Origin: an uncultured delta proteobacterium
GTDB lineage: Bacteria; Desulfobacterota; Binatia; UBA9968
Assembly: GCA_963728565.1 (NCBI GenBank)
Contig: CAVSLC010000009.1
Span: 1-64,000, forward strand
Direction of reading: 5' to 3'
Length of the DNA: 64,000 bases
The notes beneath the pieces were generated by a model. That model saw nothing but the letters and a program-made list of their open reading frames with translations, did no database searches and was not told the DNA's origin. Below, in pieces: positions 63,087 to 64,000 of the stretch (its first letter is position 1; each line of letters starts with the position of its first letter). The position numbers and the translations under genes were made by a program.

Positions 63087-64000
63087 TTACTTCCGCGCCG
63101 CCAGCGACATCTCCTCGACCAAAGTCGGTAAATACGCCGCGACCAACGCCGGCGTTCCCTTGCGCACCTGTTCCAATCCTCGTTTAAGCGCCGTCCCTAT
63201 TTCATCCGCTTCACGCACAGTCTCGCCGTAACAGTTGGCGGACTCAGCGAGTTTGGCAAAGTCGGGCGGGGGATCGAATACGCCGCCTTCGAAATTCTCC
63301 GTGCGCACTGCGACACCGCTCGGATAGGTTCTGCGCAGGCCGTTGGTTCCGGTGCTGTAGGAGCGGTTGACGAATATGAGTGTGAGAAAAGGGGCTTTGT
63401 AATGAGCGGCAGTCCACAATGCCGGCATCGGCGTGCCAAACATAAAGTATCCGTCGCCGGTTGCCAGGATGACATCACGTTCCGGTGCTGCGAGCTTGGC
63501 TCCCAACGCCGCGCCGGCGCCCCAGCCGCCGGATGATCCGCCGCTGGCGAAGTAGGTACCGGCTTGAGTTCTCCCGTGATGCGTGCAGACGAAATCCGAG
63601 TTGCTGATGGAATCATCGAGCACGATGGCGTTCGGTTCGAGAATCTTTCCCAGTTGATAGGCGACCCAGAGCGGGTGCATCGGTTTGCGCCGTCCGGCTG
63701 CGATGGCGGCTCGCTCGTTGTTGTGGTTCATTTCGCGCTTGCTTGCCTCTAATCGCTCGCGTCGTTCGGCGATTCGGCTCATGTCGCTTTTCGAAAGGAG
63801 AGCAGTTGCCGCTTCATAGATGGCCCGGGCCGCGGTCGTTGCGGTCACCGGAAGCCAGAGGTCGGCCTGGAAATCCATGGTCTTATACGCCGACATCACC
63901 GGATCGGCATCGGCCCAGATAACTTTAGCTGCCGGGTCGTGGCGCGCTAGTAGGCGTGGTGTATGCCACCAGCGCTTCGAGCATCAGCAACGCATCGGCA
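63087..64000 (-). CDS. Thiamine-pyrophosphate-dependent enzyme (acetolactate synthase/benzoylformate decarboxylase-like), 5' end outside the window
   Basis: GWGAGAALGAKLA, TGDGYFMF...FVN TPP motif, PDFAKLAE. Confidence 0.85.

Overview
Bacterial window of moderately high GC. Gene content (many solute-binding proteins, TctC, UbiD, xanthine-dehydrogenase-family operon) resembles uncultured Deltaproteobacteria/Binatia-like soil lineages; this taxonomy is inference only. Bases 1-43.3 kb are core-like. They hold transport genes (four tandem paralogous binding proteins on one ABC transporter), thiI, a sulfur/selenium redox region, a UbiD plus double molybdenum-hydroxylase operon, cysS, a LysM protein and tRNA-Arg(UCG). 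The ORF track misses two peroxiredoxins whose peroxidatic Cys codon is an in-frame TGA followed by a SECIS-like hairpin (22001-22468 AhpE-type; 28004-28483 Bcp-type), so both are probable selenoproteins. The Sec-Bcp and a Cys-Bcp paralog bracket a fungal-Egt1-like sulfoxide synthase and a PhnD-like binding protein, downstream of a CysL-type LysR. This is the best candidate for an undescribed Se/S-thiohistidine redox module. From 43.3 kb onward, two related and decaying islands lie in tandem at the tRNA. They share a 1.26 kb left arm and have no intact integrase. Many single-base frameshifts in core genes look like long-read consensus errors.
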